Origin: Tubulanus polymorphus
Taxonomy: Eukaryota; Animalia; Nemertea
DNA length: 64,000 nucleotides
NCBI RefSeq assembly: GCF_964204645.1
Contig: NC_134025.1
Span: forward strand, 3,782,001 to 3,846,000
Direction of reading: 5' to 3'
Position 1 is the first letter of the stretch. Every line of letters begins with the position of its first letter. The notes beneath the pieces are model-generated. The model was not told the DNA's origin. It worked only from the letters and a program-made list of their open reading frames with translations, and did not search any database. Shown one piece after another: positions 50,001-64,000 of this stretch. A program made the translations under genes and the position numbers.

Positions 50001-53000
50001 GTTTTCAGAACGCGGTTGAGATAACGAGTTCCATTCAGATACAGGAAAAACCGACGAGACTTGATGGAAATTCGAGAGTAGAATTTTTCTACTTATCTCA
50101 ATATCGCGAGTCGTCACATGAGGAAGTCTTATTTTCTGTTTCCGGTGACGATATGTTTCGATTAATGAAATGAAAATCTTTTAGTTTCCTTCGCGCTATA
50201 ATGTACGTATCATACAACATGGTCGCTACTGGTAAACCGTGAATAAGGGACCAATCGTCTATAAAACACTCTAAATTGGAAGACATATATTACTTTTCTT
50301 ACATCTAATATATGAAATATACCCATGATGGCGAGAACACCGACGGGTTTCCTTGCAGCTTGGCTTAGCAGATAATAAGAAGAGAATCGATCGTGGCAGT
50401 CAATCGAGTCGCGCATTGTCCGATGTAATTGGCGATTTATAGGATAACCGATCTTCTTAAATTGCCACTAATTCAAACAATCGCGAATAGGTTAGGACGA
50501 ACTCCCGGCACTGACAGCTGGCAAACATGTCATCATCCTATTTTATTATACGTGTATGTCACATTTATTCCTGGCGACTGAACAAAAAACAAATTTCCCG
50601 CTGATTTTCGCTTTCGTCTCGTGTTTTTCTATGAGTGAGGAGGGCGTGCTGGTTGTTGCCTGTACGGATGCCATCGGGATCGCACGGCATCAAAACACTA
50701 TTGATGAACGTCGACGCCGTCATCTGGTCGTTTGCTGGGCCTTTAATGCATTAATGGCGGCGAATAAAACTAAGTCTTAGCCGTGCTAATGACTGGGCGG
50801 TGTAGCAAAATGTGTGAAGCCCGGAGGCCGCCAAAATAAATGGCAGAAACCTCGCGTCAAGTACCGACGGAACCCATGGTTACAGGCTGTTAACGCACGT
50901 AACCAATGACACCATGGGACACCTAAACATTGCCGAAGTCTCCCAAGATGTTTTTGAAAGTTGGGAAGCCATATTGACATCCTGGGAAACATTTCAAACC
51001 ATTTAATCTAATTCATGGACAAATACATTTCTAGATGCCGAGTTTACGAACGCAAAACACAATCAATGACTCTCCCGTTGAAAGGCAAATTCTGAAGTAA
51101 TGAGAATTTTAATGAGGTTTAGACCACAATCCTATCCACGGACTATTCATTACTTCTATATAGAACCAGGTGTGTACCAGGTGTAAAATGAGAGACATAT
51201 ATTTCAATAAAAAGAAAATGTTTTTTCAACACAAGCGTGTCAATTGCCACTTGGAAAAAGTACACATGCTTCATGTAAACTTTGCAGCCGTTGTTGAAAA
51301 CTAACGCTTGACTTAAATGTTGTATTGTATTCAACCACGTTAAACTCTTTTACCTGTTCGATCAGTTAACACAGAAACCGTCCAATAAATGAAACTCAGT
51401 CGAAGCCAATGTTTTCATTTCTATCATTAAACGTGCACTCCCATCTGCAAACATAACTCGGGTTTAACTCTAACTCGACAACCCGAACAAAAATCGCTCG
51501 AGGCGTATTGCTTATTTTTCTAATGAAGAAAACGAAAACGCTCATTAGATTAACGAACAAAATAATCATCAATAAAACATTTCACGCGCGAGTTCCATTC
51601 TGCCCACTGACCCTTCAATTATCAATTCATTTGCGCGCCACTTGCAAACAGAAGTTCACGGTCGACATTATTTTGTTATGGAAATGTTCTTGTCAGTGAG
51701 ATGGCTGCAGTCTTACAAGCGCTACGTCTTTTTCCACTTTTTTGTTTTGTTATCGCGATGGGATCTTTTTGTTGGAAAAGTTACATCTCCCAAGACTACC
51801 AAGTCGCCAGCGATCAAAAGGCAAGGTGGTGAACAGTTGTGCCGCCTGGAAAATCCAATTCTAGCTTAGCAATCAGCGACGTTTCGGCAACAATTGTACT
51901 GAGCAAGGGTTTAAAAGGCACTTGAGGCAAGATATTGGAAGGAATTAGTGCCAATTACAGGCCTCATCTGTGGCAGTATTCATTGCAATAATGAAGTTGT
52001 ACAAACGGTAAGAACTCGAGATATACAACGGTTAGTCATGATGAAAATGGTCAAGTAGGAGCGTTAATTGAGTAAAATTGAGCGTCCTATGCATATTCAA
52101 ACTTGGTACGTGAGCGCATCCATTGTACTGTCGCACAACGGAACTTGTCGTCTTGCTGTCTCGCGCACGCGCAGTTGACGCGCGCGGTAACGCTGCGTTT
52201 CACCGTAAATTGATTAAAACATTTCGGTGTTAATGTGTTGTTAGATTTCAAAAGTGCAATTTCGTTCACGCGTTCTATAACTTCAGGTGATTCAGTTGCA
52301 ATCCGAATCAACGTCCTCTGTGTTTGATACGTCAATGATAATGTAGATGATTTGTGAAAATAGCAATACTTACCTCCTTTTATTCCTCGTCGTTTTACAA
52401 AGGTGTGCCTTCCTTTCGTGTACTGTGCGAAATTGCGTATTTCCGTGTTATCCCTATCCGAATAATCCGACCTGCTCTGATGTTGGATGGCTATGCGTCT
52501 GCAGTAGCCTACTGCGAATGCATGATAATGGAATAGAAATTCTGATTAGGACTGAGCGGAATCAAAATAGAGCCAGCTTCAGTATTCAAATGTTCGCTAG
52601 TCATAAATATCGCACTCGGACGACACAGAATTCTCCTGCTCAGAATTCGGCCCATGTTCTTCGCTGGAATTTGCGCTGATCTGATCACGAAGTGAAACGG
52701 ATCGCACGAAGATGTAGAATACGACGGCTGTATACAATGTATCTTGCTTCATGACACAACTCTTCTGTTATGTTAAATCTATGCATATCGCTGTACAAAA
52801 TTTGCAATGGAAATTAATTTCTGCTGAATAAAAGATTTTCTTGGGATAATCAATTTTACGACCTTTCTATCAAGCAGCCTGAATATTTCCATCACGTATC
52901 GCGTAGTGATTTCATCGATTTCCCACTACTCGATAATATAAGTGACAAAATTAGACCTATACTTATCTGTCCTTTGGATATGCTCGGAATCTAGACCCAC

Positions 53001-56000
53001 ATTATCTTGCGGTTATTTTATCGATATAGCGAAAATGATGAGGGAAATTTTATACAGAATTTCATCAAAAAAGATATTGACTAGAAATACCCACTAGATG
53101 TAACGTGGGTGTTACCCGAATGTATTTTTTTCAAATTTATATTTTCGATGAAGCATCACGCGTAACTTAAAAACATTAAATAGTGCGTTACTTCCTTAAA
53201 GATAAGAGCTGTTATTTTCACAATGGACACGCATGCTACGTCTTAGCAATAAAATTAGTCCGAGCACGCATTATTTTCACCTCGATTTTCATTGAAGACG
53301 TTTTAATGGAAAATGACACAATCATAGTCGCCTTCGGGGCAGACTTGCCATTTAAAAGCCATAATCACAAAATTTTGTTTTAACAGCACATGTGCTCATC
53401 ACGTCATTAAGATAACGTTTGGAAGCTCAACGACATTTTTACGTGACACAGAAATGTTGTCAGTATGTGCAATTGAAGTTAGTTTCTCAACGTTGCGATG
53501 ACGTTAATGCGGTAAATTGTCTCTCGTCCTGCCATACGATGACCTGGTTTTTCCGCAGGCGAATTCTGGGCTTATGACTAGAATTTCATCATCTGCTGAC
53601 AAGAATTATGTGAAACCTCATCCTAAAACACCATACTTTGTATCGACGAAAAATCACGGTTTTGACAGAAACGACAAAACATGGTATCATAAACTTCTCG
53701 CCCGGAGCGCATTGGCGGTTCGGGTATCAGGCCGGTGGTTTATGAGAATGAAATCAAGCCTTTTCTGGGCATGCCGGCGTGGACTAGCGGCGTATAGCAA
53801 AATGTAATGGTATTGTGACCGGATTTCTTCGGGCAATTCGCTGACTCAAAGCGAACACCCCATGGGCCTCGTCCGTAATGAGTCGCGCTATTGGTGCCTG
53901 CAAGACGAGCCAAGAAAGCCCCGAGCTTCGCTTGATGCCAATAGCATGTGCCAAGAAACAAATGTGCATTTCCATCAGGACAGCGGAATACAATCCACAC
54001 ATGTCAAGGCGATTTGTTCTCCTCCATTGCGCTATCAATCCGCTACGGGTTTACATCGAAATACAACACTGTGCCTACATTGCAAGCCTCCGTAAAATAT
54101 ACCTTCCTACTCATATATTCATAATAAAAATTACAGACTACTTTGTTTTATTTTCACAAAAATCACTCTCAACTCGTCGCGTGATGCTAAAATGTGGCCC
54201 TTTCATAAAATGACTCGCCTTAGAAGTATTTCAGGTAAACATTGTCAAAATATAAAACGCAGTTACGCGTTTACTTTGTTTAGGTACAGTTTCAATATGG
54301 TGCAAGTATTAAGTATTCATCGATTTGCATTGATTATAATTTAGAACCAAAACGACAGATACGAACACATGTTACATCTGACTAAACTGTATTGTGGAAA
54401 TGGAAATATCCTGATTTTTAATAGCCGCAGAACACATTTTGGCTTGAAAATGAATATATAATTTGGTGATTTAGAGAAAAATAGTACAATATATTCATAT
54501 ATGTAATAACAACAGCACATGTTTGTGGAATCGTAGTAATTCAACACATTTCTAAAGGGTTTCAATTGTTCCAGAGTAAATCATCTAGTATTTGATAAAA
54601 TTCAATCCAATGCAAGGATGGACAGCGCAATAATTAATGACGTCATCTGTCTGGCGTGCAAATAGAATAATGAACGATAAAAAAAAACTATATATTCAGC
54701 AGTTTTAAGAGGAATCAACGATTTTTGTTATTGTCTGAGAAAAAGTCAGTAAATTCAATTTCTAAAACGTTTTTTTTTTTCAAGTCCATGGTTTGAAATA
54801 TACGCCGCGAATGAATGGCGTTGGTGTAAATCGCCAGAGATTCGAACAGGGGGAAATAAATTGCTGTAAGTGTAATAATAACGTGGGATTATCCCCCGGG
54901 TGGCAGTCATCGGCTTCACAGCGACGCATCGAGAGAATATCGCTATAATTCCCGGTCTTGCCGGTGCTAATGATAACACAACGCGGCTTACGCGATTGAC
55001 AGGATCGGCCGCGCGCTCACGTGGTCTGCAGATTGATCGGGACGAATGCATAACGCAGAAATCGAACACTTTATGACCCGTACCAAAGCAGCAGCTAATC
55101 AGCGGCTTCATTTGGATCGGCTGTAAATTACACTGGCGAGAATTGACGCGATTGAAGTATCTTCGTGTCCGGATATTCGTGCTGAGGGACTTCTCGATAT
55201 CGGGGTTCCATATTAAAACTCGCACAGGCGTGAACGTCCAAGGTTTCTTAAGTGCATCGCTTCAAGAACAACCGAGTGCTACTTCGGAGAAAGTAATGGC
55301 GAAAAATATGAAATATGATCATAGAAAGTGTCAGTTCTCATCTCTTTGTCCGGAATTGATGCGATGACATCAGCTAACGGCTTCTTGAAATAGCCGACAT
55401 CTGGATGTAGTTACCACAAACAACTGGCTGTTTTCATAAATCCATCTTGGGATGAAATGAAACCTTGGCACCTAAATACTGTGACGATGAACGTTCTTTC
55501 AACAAAAATCGAATTATAATGCCTTTATAAATACTTATCTGTTAATTGTTCTGGTAATTGTGGGATAAAGGTATGATATTGAAAAAGACATGTTTTTTTT
55601 ATAGAATTTTGGAAATATTTCCCGTTTTGGTAAACGATTCGTTTAGGCGTTATACTGGTATTGTAGATGCTAAAGAGTTTGTATACTTTGTTCTCTTTCA
55701 TTGGAAATGACAATAAATTTTGCACCGTTCAACTTGTTTAAATTGATTAATCACCAACCAGTCTGTCCTCAAAGACATTCAAATACACACATCTCCATTT
55801 CTTTTAAATTCATTTACTTTGTAAATCAACACTGGCAAATTGCTTTTAGATTGTTGAATTTGCATACCTGTTGAAATTGACATCATAAGCCCGTTAGTGG
55901 ATTAATATGCAAATAAAAGAAACCGTCCCATCTGTCATTTTTGACAAATTTAGCGACACTGATTTCCTCGCTTAAAGATGCCAATATTTGACTATTGCAT

Positions 56001-59000
56001 CTCCGTTGATATTTACCTAATTGTTTATTTGTGAAAAGTGAGAAGAACAATCATCAATTTAACGGGTTGCTGTGACGTATGACCATCTGTTCAGATGTTC
56101 ACTTACCTGCCGCCTTCTTCATGACGTCATCGTGTGCGTAGCCGTACTTCCGCCGCAATATCAGCCGACATTTCAAACATTTCATTTCACTCTTCCAACA
56201 TATTTGCCACGATTCTCTAGCTTATTTTTGAATTGAAGGGGTGACATTTTCAGTCCATATTTTGCTTTATTGAAAAAGTATCAACTACAAATTTTCATCC
56301 TAGGTTTATATAGCGTTTGATAAAGGTTTGTAAAAAAAGAAGATATTCGTACTCAAGAGAAAAATCGTCACGTTTTCAAAGTTGTTTTGTTGCCTTTCGG
56401 TGTCAATAGTTCAGTGTTAACGGGACTAATAAAACTGTCTCAACGACGTCTGGCCGCGTTTGTGGCCGGCTGCGGAAAATGATCGAATATCATTCATTCA
56501 CTGAACATGATGTCAAACGCTCTGCTTTTTTAAGCGAGTCAATGAAACCCGTCGTGTTTGGCGCGTTAGGTCACCTCCGTGCTGTGTCAATGTTTTTTCT
56601 CAATTATTAATTGTCGGGTAGAAAACTTTCGTCGGGGTTTCATTGAATGCGGAGGACTGGATCAGGCCGAGTTGCGCGCCGGAAATGAGACATTGTCCCG
56701 CAGACGAAAGCTTTATGCGCTGGATTAATAAAAACCATTCACTTAAATCCATAAATCAGCAATGGGAAGGATGTATTGTTCCCGAGCCGGGCAGAAAACG
56801 TTAAAAACAGGGTCTTGTTCGCTATCTAAAAGCCTCGCACCGCAGGAAAGCACTATCAACGAGGTTTCCGTACCATGATTCAATGTAAAAGTAATGTTCA
56901 ATGTAGGCTAATGAACAAAGAACATCAAAATGCGTTATACACGAGGATACCTTAGTTATTTTAGTTCAGTCTTGCATTACATCCTACCATAGCCATTACA
57001 CTTTATATTAACACCTCCTTGATATTGAAAAATGACTTAGATTCGACTGTTATTTCTGTAACGGCCTTTATGTAAGTAGGCAAGTGCATTAAACAGGAGA
57101 ATGGGCTCATGATTTCAGTTTCGAAACAGAATGGAAATATTTTTGGACATTCCATAACACAATGAAAATACCGGATTAGGATAAGGATTGAGTGTCTTCG
57201 TGGTATGTTTGAAATTCAGCGCCAGTCCATCCTACTGATGACCTTATTAGAGCCATAAAGCGGTGGCAATAAGTTTTAATTGAAGCTTATGGGAATAATT
57301 GTCTCCTCTCCGCCGTCCGATAACACCGGTTATTGTGTATTCACTGAGCCAGCTAATTTATGCATGGATTGCCTTACCCGGCTAAAGACCATCGTCTGTA
57401 TGAAGGCATACAACCATGAAGCGGACCAGGTAACGAACACCTCATAATTAACCTAGGTTACGGCGAGCTGATTGTAGCAACCCTGCGTGCTTTGTGTTGG
57501 ATAACGTCGCGTATCCTTTTCCACGGCATTCGCGTTGTTGGTAAGGAAATGAATGTTTCCTGCTCGTGATTTCTTGACCACCGCTTCACTTGGCAAATTA
57601 AAGAAACAGTAGATGCCTATGTAATCACTAGTGTGTGTAAGTCAATCTACTCGGCTTATATACATTCTGACGTCACTTGCAGCCCCGGGCGAGCTTTCGG
57701 CCTGATAATAAGGGAATTTTATGCGCAATTATTTTCATCTCCGAGGCCGATTATTCGGCAATTGCTATCAAATTCTGGACCAGACCGCTACTGACAGGAT
57801 AGTGATACATATATTTGTTGTCCGCCAGTACTGTACCGACTGTAACTAGATACTAGTTACTGGCCTCAGCTCTAATTGCCCCGGTGTCGTTTCAGCGCTG
57901 AACATATCCGGGTCCTCAGAGATAGAATTGTTAATTGAATTTTACGTCTAGAAATTAGTCTTTGCATGCATTTCGAGTTAATCTAATTATATTTCAAACG
58001 ATTTCCTTTGCTTTTTTACTTCGGTCGACAACTAGCTTTACATATACCCTACATACATATATTACAACACGTTATTCCAAACAATATTTCTTGTAGATTT
58101 AGAATGAACCTCACTCAGCCGCGCAGACTGTTCCATCATCTCTAACATACGTACATGGCTTGTATCTCAACAAGCTCTTCGCGTGACGTTTTCGTTTTGT
58201 TCACTGCTGAGTACGCCTTAATTTCTACTCGATCGGTAATTCCCAATTTAAGGCAATGATACATAAATCCTGCGTCGTCAAAACATCATTTGCACTCATA
58301 AGGAAACGGCGTATGAAGCAGTTAACTCGGTACACAATGGACTGGCAATGATTGATACCGTTAAATCACGTAAACTGGTGCTGGTGATTCACTGAATCAC
58401 TGACCACACCAGACTCATCTGAAAACTGATATATCAGCGTGCAGTACCGATCTATATAAGCTTGAAATAAGTTGATTTTGCGTGAAGGTCTGAAGTATGT
58501 ATTACGTAAAATATCTGAGTAGGTTTGAGTGTTTTGAAATTCATGTAAGAATGACAATTATTCCCTATTTCAAGAATGACTAAAAATTCTAAGCGTGCGT
58601 TTTACATGACCAAGTCTCAGCCACCTTATCTAGTTGATGGATCACTGTGACGTTTTATGAAATACGGACAAAATATGTTGTTATCTAAACATCGGACACA
58701 CGTGTGCTACACTATACGAGCCTTTTTTCTGATATTATGTTTTTTATCATGAATTCTCTATGACAAAATACATCGTAACTAAATCGAATTGCTGCTTGAA
58801 CTGATTGAGCCAGCTGACACCAGTTCCCGAATCACTTTGTACTGCAGGCTGGCGTCGTCGGTTGTCACCACGAGTTAATTATTAAATTTTCCCCTTCCTT
58901 GACTTATAAGTTAATTGACGGATCATTTTCAAGCGTTGCGCTCACCAATGAATACATTTTCAAAAGAGTTATTGATCACCAGGGTCTGAAAACAACAAAA

Positions 59001-60552
59001 AACGTGAACTCATCGACAGTCGCGCCGTCGATATCTGACTACAATAGGGGTTGCCAGTATAAGAGGTATTCGTTCCCATTATCTGTCACACTCTCATCAT
59101 CATTTTTAAACTGGTTGATTGTGTTTCAAATGCTCTCTTCAGAATGGAGAAAATTTAACGTTGTATCCGGCAGTGGTGTGGGGAAACAACAATGTGACCC
59201 TCCGACAGTTTCCTTCCGCACTGCGCATATACCTAAACCTATATAGAGAATCATACTGAACAAATATTGGAAAAATTTGTTTAAAAAAAAAATCTGTAGT
59301 GATTCGTTTCAGTTAAATCGATCTAATATGTGAATTTATATATACATACATTTAATTCACGAAATAATGCCCGAGCTTACTTGATATTAAGTTAAAGAAT
59401 GAAATGTTCCATGAATTATTTCTAAATGCACCGATATAAAACGAATAGACTGCTACGATAAATTTGCCTACGGTGGAAATTTGACATCGTTAATCGGATA
59501 CTACAATTGGATTATACCGTAGCAACATTGTTTTCTCGGCTTTTAAAGGATATATCATCGCCGGGGTGGCTGCCTGTACGCGTGGTGTATGTACCTTCCT
59601 GAGTCAGTATCTCCGGATTAATGGCGAAGTCTACTTAATATTCTGAACGCGTCTTCTTTTTCGATCACTGTACAATTCAAACCAACATTGACACAACATC
59701 GCCATTCGATGACTAGCGAGCGTGCAACGTTCCCAGAATCTCACAGACGGTTATTCTGCGTTATTTCATCGCTGTCTGAGGCAAATATTTACCACGTTTA
59801 GGTGTTTGCCTAGTTGTTGTATATGAATATGTCTCTTTTTTGTCCGTGGTCCCCGGAAGAAGTAACACAATGATGCCGTGTTTCAACAAAGAGAAATGTT
59901 TCACTTACAGCGAAAGACAAATTGCGGACCAGTGATGCTGAAACTGAAACGTTTTTTAAATGAACATTTTTTTTGCAAAACTTGAATGAATACGTATCTA
60001 TTTAGTTATTCATTGAAAGAATATCATTCGATGTTTCTGTAAACAAGTGGTTAAGCGATGTTGAATATTGAAATATTTAACCTTGCCGAAGACAATAACC
60101 TACATCGTAAAAACACGCAACTTCCCGCCAAAACTGTTCTCTATCGCTAGTGATAAGATTCGGGGACGCGCTCATCGATCATTTTGATTGCTGAATAAAC
60201 TCTCAATGCGTTGATAGATTGAGCAAATTTGGACATTTGCACGTCACTTCAAAGTCTCCACACGGCGAACGTACAGAGAAAAAAAATTAAATTGATGAAC
60301 AAGTTAACCACTGCAGGCATTAATGCACTAATGGTATCGTCAAACTGTCATCACGTGTTACGACCAATCTATGAATTAAAACAAAAGCCGCGATCACACG
60401 GAGTCGATTTAGCCTGGGTCAACTGGCCCGGATCAGACCCCCGATTCAAATTTTGCCTGAGCGCGCTCAGACTTTAATCACTCACTCGTTACTAGAATGC
60501 ATTCGAAATGATGCTGCAGCAAGTGAGGTGAGTCACTTCCAGGACCATACAG

Positions 60553-60658
60553 TTAGCATTCACACATTATAGTTTGACCCGTGCTCAAATTTGGCATGGG
60601 CCTGGTCTAACGATTTGGTTCGGGCCAACCCACTTGGCACCGGTGTGAACGGGTCTAA
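60553..60658. mobile_element. Degenerate MITE remnant, possibly PIF/Harbinger-type
   Basis: The right end gtgtgaacgggtctaa is inversely similar to the left end ttagcattcacac. There is an internal palindrome (acccgtgctcaaatttggcatggg) and TTA/TAA at the ends. Confidence 0.45.
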
Positions 60659-61810
60659 TCTGGTACCGGCCAAGAACTTGGTCAGTCTCTAAAGCGCTCG
60701 AGTGATTGCGGCTAAGTCAAGGGCTTCAGAGATTGCCATAATCTATGACTATGTCTGTTCGTGCATAGCTTTTTCACAAAGATAAAAGCTATGTGAAGGT
60801 GAAATGAAGAAAAATTGATAGGAAATTTAAGGATATCACCAACAAAGTTGATTGATTTTACTATCGCAACGTTTTGAGGTGTCAATGTCAGTGCAGCCGG
60901 AAGTGTTTAAAACGAGAGTTGGCATTCGCGAGAGCCAACATGGCAGATCAAATCCCGGCGTATATCCAGACAACTATCTCATCAGTGATTGCCTCCTCCT
61001 CGACATCTGGCGAGGTTTACTTAGTGAAGTCAGCCTCTTCTTCTCCTAAGCCGTTACCGAATTACGTAAATGGCGATCCGGATCGATGTTCAAGAAGCTC
61101 ATTGTTCAACCAAATTGAACCGAATCGAACAGATATCGAAATCCTAGCAACGGCGCGTCGCGTTTGTGTGTTCAACTACTTAAATCGGTTTCTTTTGGTC
61201 GTATAACCGTCAAACAACATTAGAACATAGATTTTACGTTCCCCATATCATCTCATCCAGCGGTAAATCATCCTGTTCAAACAAACTTGAATCGTAAAAT
61301 ATCATTTGAAGCTGCCAACACAGTAAGGTATCGATCCGAGGTATTTCAGGGATACGTGGTATTGCGTACCGTACGTTTTTGAATTATATCTGGGAAATAC
61401 CGGAATGAGTTCCATTGACTGGTGGTTAGTTCTAGTCATTGCATTTGTGGTGAATTTCAAAACAAAACCTTCCTAGTCGTTTAACTTCGTCTTCGGATTT
61501 TACAACTCGGTGAAAACCGTCGATAGAATTCGCACGCGAACTGAAAGCAAATATATTCCGCTACGACTGCATCCTTTATCGTAACAGGGACAATTGTTTC
61601 ATCGCCGGGCTTTTCTTCTGGGAGTAATTTTCACGTAATGTAATAGTCTTCGCATGTCTATCAAACTGTCCCGCTATGCCGACAGAAGATCGACAAGCCT
61701 CGATTCTGTCATCAGAGCTGATTCATACGATTTCTACTTTCACCGTGTATATTCCACTACAGTAGGAAATGCGTTAATTGTTGTCTATCACAAATTCGCG
61801 CGAGTTTCTC

Positions 61811-61830
61811 TGATATGATATGATATGATA
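61811..61830. repeat. (TGATA)4 microsatellite
   Basis: Seen directly. Confidence 0.8.
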
Positions 61831-64000
61831 CGTGTAAATTTCCCGCAGCCAGTTAACGACCGCCCCATATCGCGTGTGTCATAATTACGGAAAATTGAAG
61901 GATTAGCTATCACGTTAGATTACGTATCATTTTGGCTTGGAATATAAAAATTGTATTTTCATTTCTGAAATAAAGGGTCACACGACTTCGTAGCGCTGAT
62001 ACGGAGTCACCGGCAGCAGATCCAGAGAACAGGCAATCATCGTCGTCTACATTGATTGGAATCATTGCCATTGAACCGAAAAGCTTACCGCCAATTCGAA
62101 GGTTTTGTTTACTCAGGTTATTTAGATGGGGACTTACGGCGACAGCTGAGAACCTAGTGAACAGTAGCGGTCGTTTGATAGCCACACTTCCACTACTACT
62201 ATACGTGTGATCGCGTGAAATATATCGCTGCTACAATCAAACGACTAACGTACTATTTTTCTGATTCAGACGTATTTGTATAACTGTTCGTACCTCTCGA
62301 TATCCGAAACCAAAAATAGAGAAGTTACTCGGTACTTTTTACTTTGTTGATGCTTGATGCATCATATACCTGTACACAGCATACCGATTCAACTCTACGC
62401 CGAATGAATAAATTGCGATTAATTCTGTGTAGGCAGTTGATGACTGCGGTGGTATTAGTGTTAGTTTTATATTTTCCTCTCATCTCGTAAATAAAACTCT
62501 GCTCATTCATACACAGTCTCGGTGTCGTTTTAACCTTGATGTGTGCGGCATACGGTGTATAGTTATTTTTTCCTGACGACACTATTAATTTTTCGGGCCT
62601 TTGCCCGAACAAACGGAGTTGACGTGACCCACATTCGTCTAACAAAAAGTAATTTCCTATCAATTTTCTAAACGACGAGACTGGAGTTTAATGGCGAAAA
62701 CTAGCTGCATTCTTTCAATGGTAGTCTTTTCTATGGCGGACTCAAAGCGTTTTTCTTCTGACTTCAAAATTATAATTGATTGACAAGTCGATCATCAATC
62801 ATTTCCGTACAACCTCGTGTATTGAACAGGTCAAATACATTCGAAATGTTTTCTAAAAATCACGAAGATATCTCGTAGATAATCTATCTTGCGACGACGC
62901 ATCGTCGAAAAAAAACTGTGTGGTCCGTATTTCATTTGTAGATATATTTATTCGTGTTTTTAGACAAGGCCTCCTAAACTCATATTTCGGTGCAAGTTCT
63001 ATTTCACCCATCCCGGCTGCAATTAACTTCCAATTAAGGTGGAATTTGCTGTCTCCGATTGCGATCTTGCGCTGGCATATCCCGTGGAATTAAACGTTAC
63101 TCTAAGGAGCTTCTCCCAGACGCGCAGTAACGTAGCAATTTATTCTCACGCGTTTATCCTTACAGATAATAGACGACTTTATACGGGGCACATCTTCTTG
63201 ACTCAGTTTTACTGTTTGCCTTACTGATGATATGAGTAAGCTCGTAACTTAGTATTTCCGATTATAATTGATATCGCTTATGTCACGCGGTGAAACTGAG
63301 ATTTGTATTTTGTGGGAAGAAGAGAAATACGAGGATTGCCTGATTCCACTCACTGATCAGCGAATGATGGATGAATTAAGGGCAGTTTAGTTGTCGTTCT
63401 GGTGTTCGTCTGTCATTCTGGTGCCGTCAAATCCGACGGTGTTATCTGTCAGTATGCATTTCTTTCCAAAAGTTGAAACGTTCTTTTAAGGAAATAGGAA
63501 TTATTTCATTCCATTCGATAGCCGGGATAAGTTTAACAATTATGAATTGAGTTTGACTCCATTAGGCTATTATTAATGATACGAATTTCAGCTCAGAATT
63601 GTGGAACTGGGTTCTATAGTGATCCTTGGAATCTATGAGAGATTCTATTGTGTGGTAGTTTGAGTAGAGACGGGGAAACGTAGTGAATTAATTAGGGAAG
63701 TTGCTATTCGACTATCGTTAACTTAGGCGATGAAACTCTGTCAATTTCGTTTCCTTTTAATTTAATTACACAAATCATAACTATAATATCGAACACACGG
63801 AGTGCTCCGCTAAGCACCTGCAGTTGAAGGTAAACGGAAATTTACTTTGCCTTTGATCGCGCGGCGTGACGATTGGGTGGATATTGGTTAGGAAAATCTG
63901 TGAGTTATTGTTTATTAACCGTGCTCTAATCACAACGTACAACCGGGGTGCCTTGCCGTCGCTGTACTCGGTTTCAATGGCAACGCAATATGGCAAGTTC

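Larger units (their letters stand above)
12000..64000. other. ~52 kb region with no recognisable coding exon (gene desert or giant intron)
   Basis: No ORF above ~156 aa, none with a recognisable domain, and no chain of in-frame exons like those in the first 12 kb. Confidence 0.75.

Noticed and set aside
51924-51967. miR-31-like AGGCAAGATATTGG with a partial hairpin
   Set aside because: The 3' half does not match miR-31, and the stem is poorly paired and too short for a pre-miRNA.
52366-52376. ATACTTACCT resembling the U1 snRNA 5' end
   Set aside because: The downstream sequence does not match U1; it is simply the complement of a splice-donor consensus.
12000-64000. Numerous 60-156 aa ORFs; Hox-cluster miRNAs (miR-10, miR-993) or homeobox exons
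   Set aside because: The ORFs have random-like composition and no domain motifs. A by-eye scan for conserved bilaterian miRNA mature sequences and homeodomain motifs found nothing convincing; an Infernal or BLAST search would be more sensitive.

Overview
Eukaryotic (metazoan, most likely invertebrate) genomic DNA with short GT-AG introns of about 70-100 nt, so most of the supplied ORF track is noise. The first ~12 kb is gene-dense. It holds the 5' part of a subtilisin/kexin-type proprotein convertase (minus strand, running off the left edge), head-to-head with a complete 14-exon MRPS9. Next come a complete 8-exon UTP11, convergent with MRPS9, and two tandem CD225/dispanin-family genes with Pro/Gln/Met-rich tandem repeats. 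I reconstructed the exon structures by hand from splice sites and reading frame. The remaining ~52 kb has no recognisable protein-coding exon, rRNA, tRNA or known miRNA. It looks CpG-rich and carries repeated Pbx/Hox/Meis-type motifs, consistent with the regulatory desert or giant intron of a developmental gene. It also contains a Penelope-like pseudo-LTR with a degenerate minimal hammerhead ribozyme (~18.6 kb), MITE remnants and a few orphan exon-like segments. I found no clearly new biological system; the best leads are listed with their caveats.
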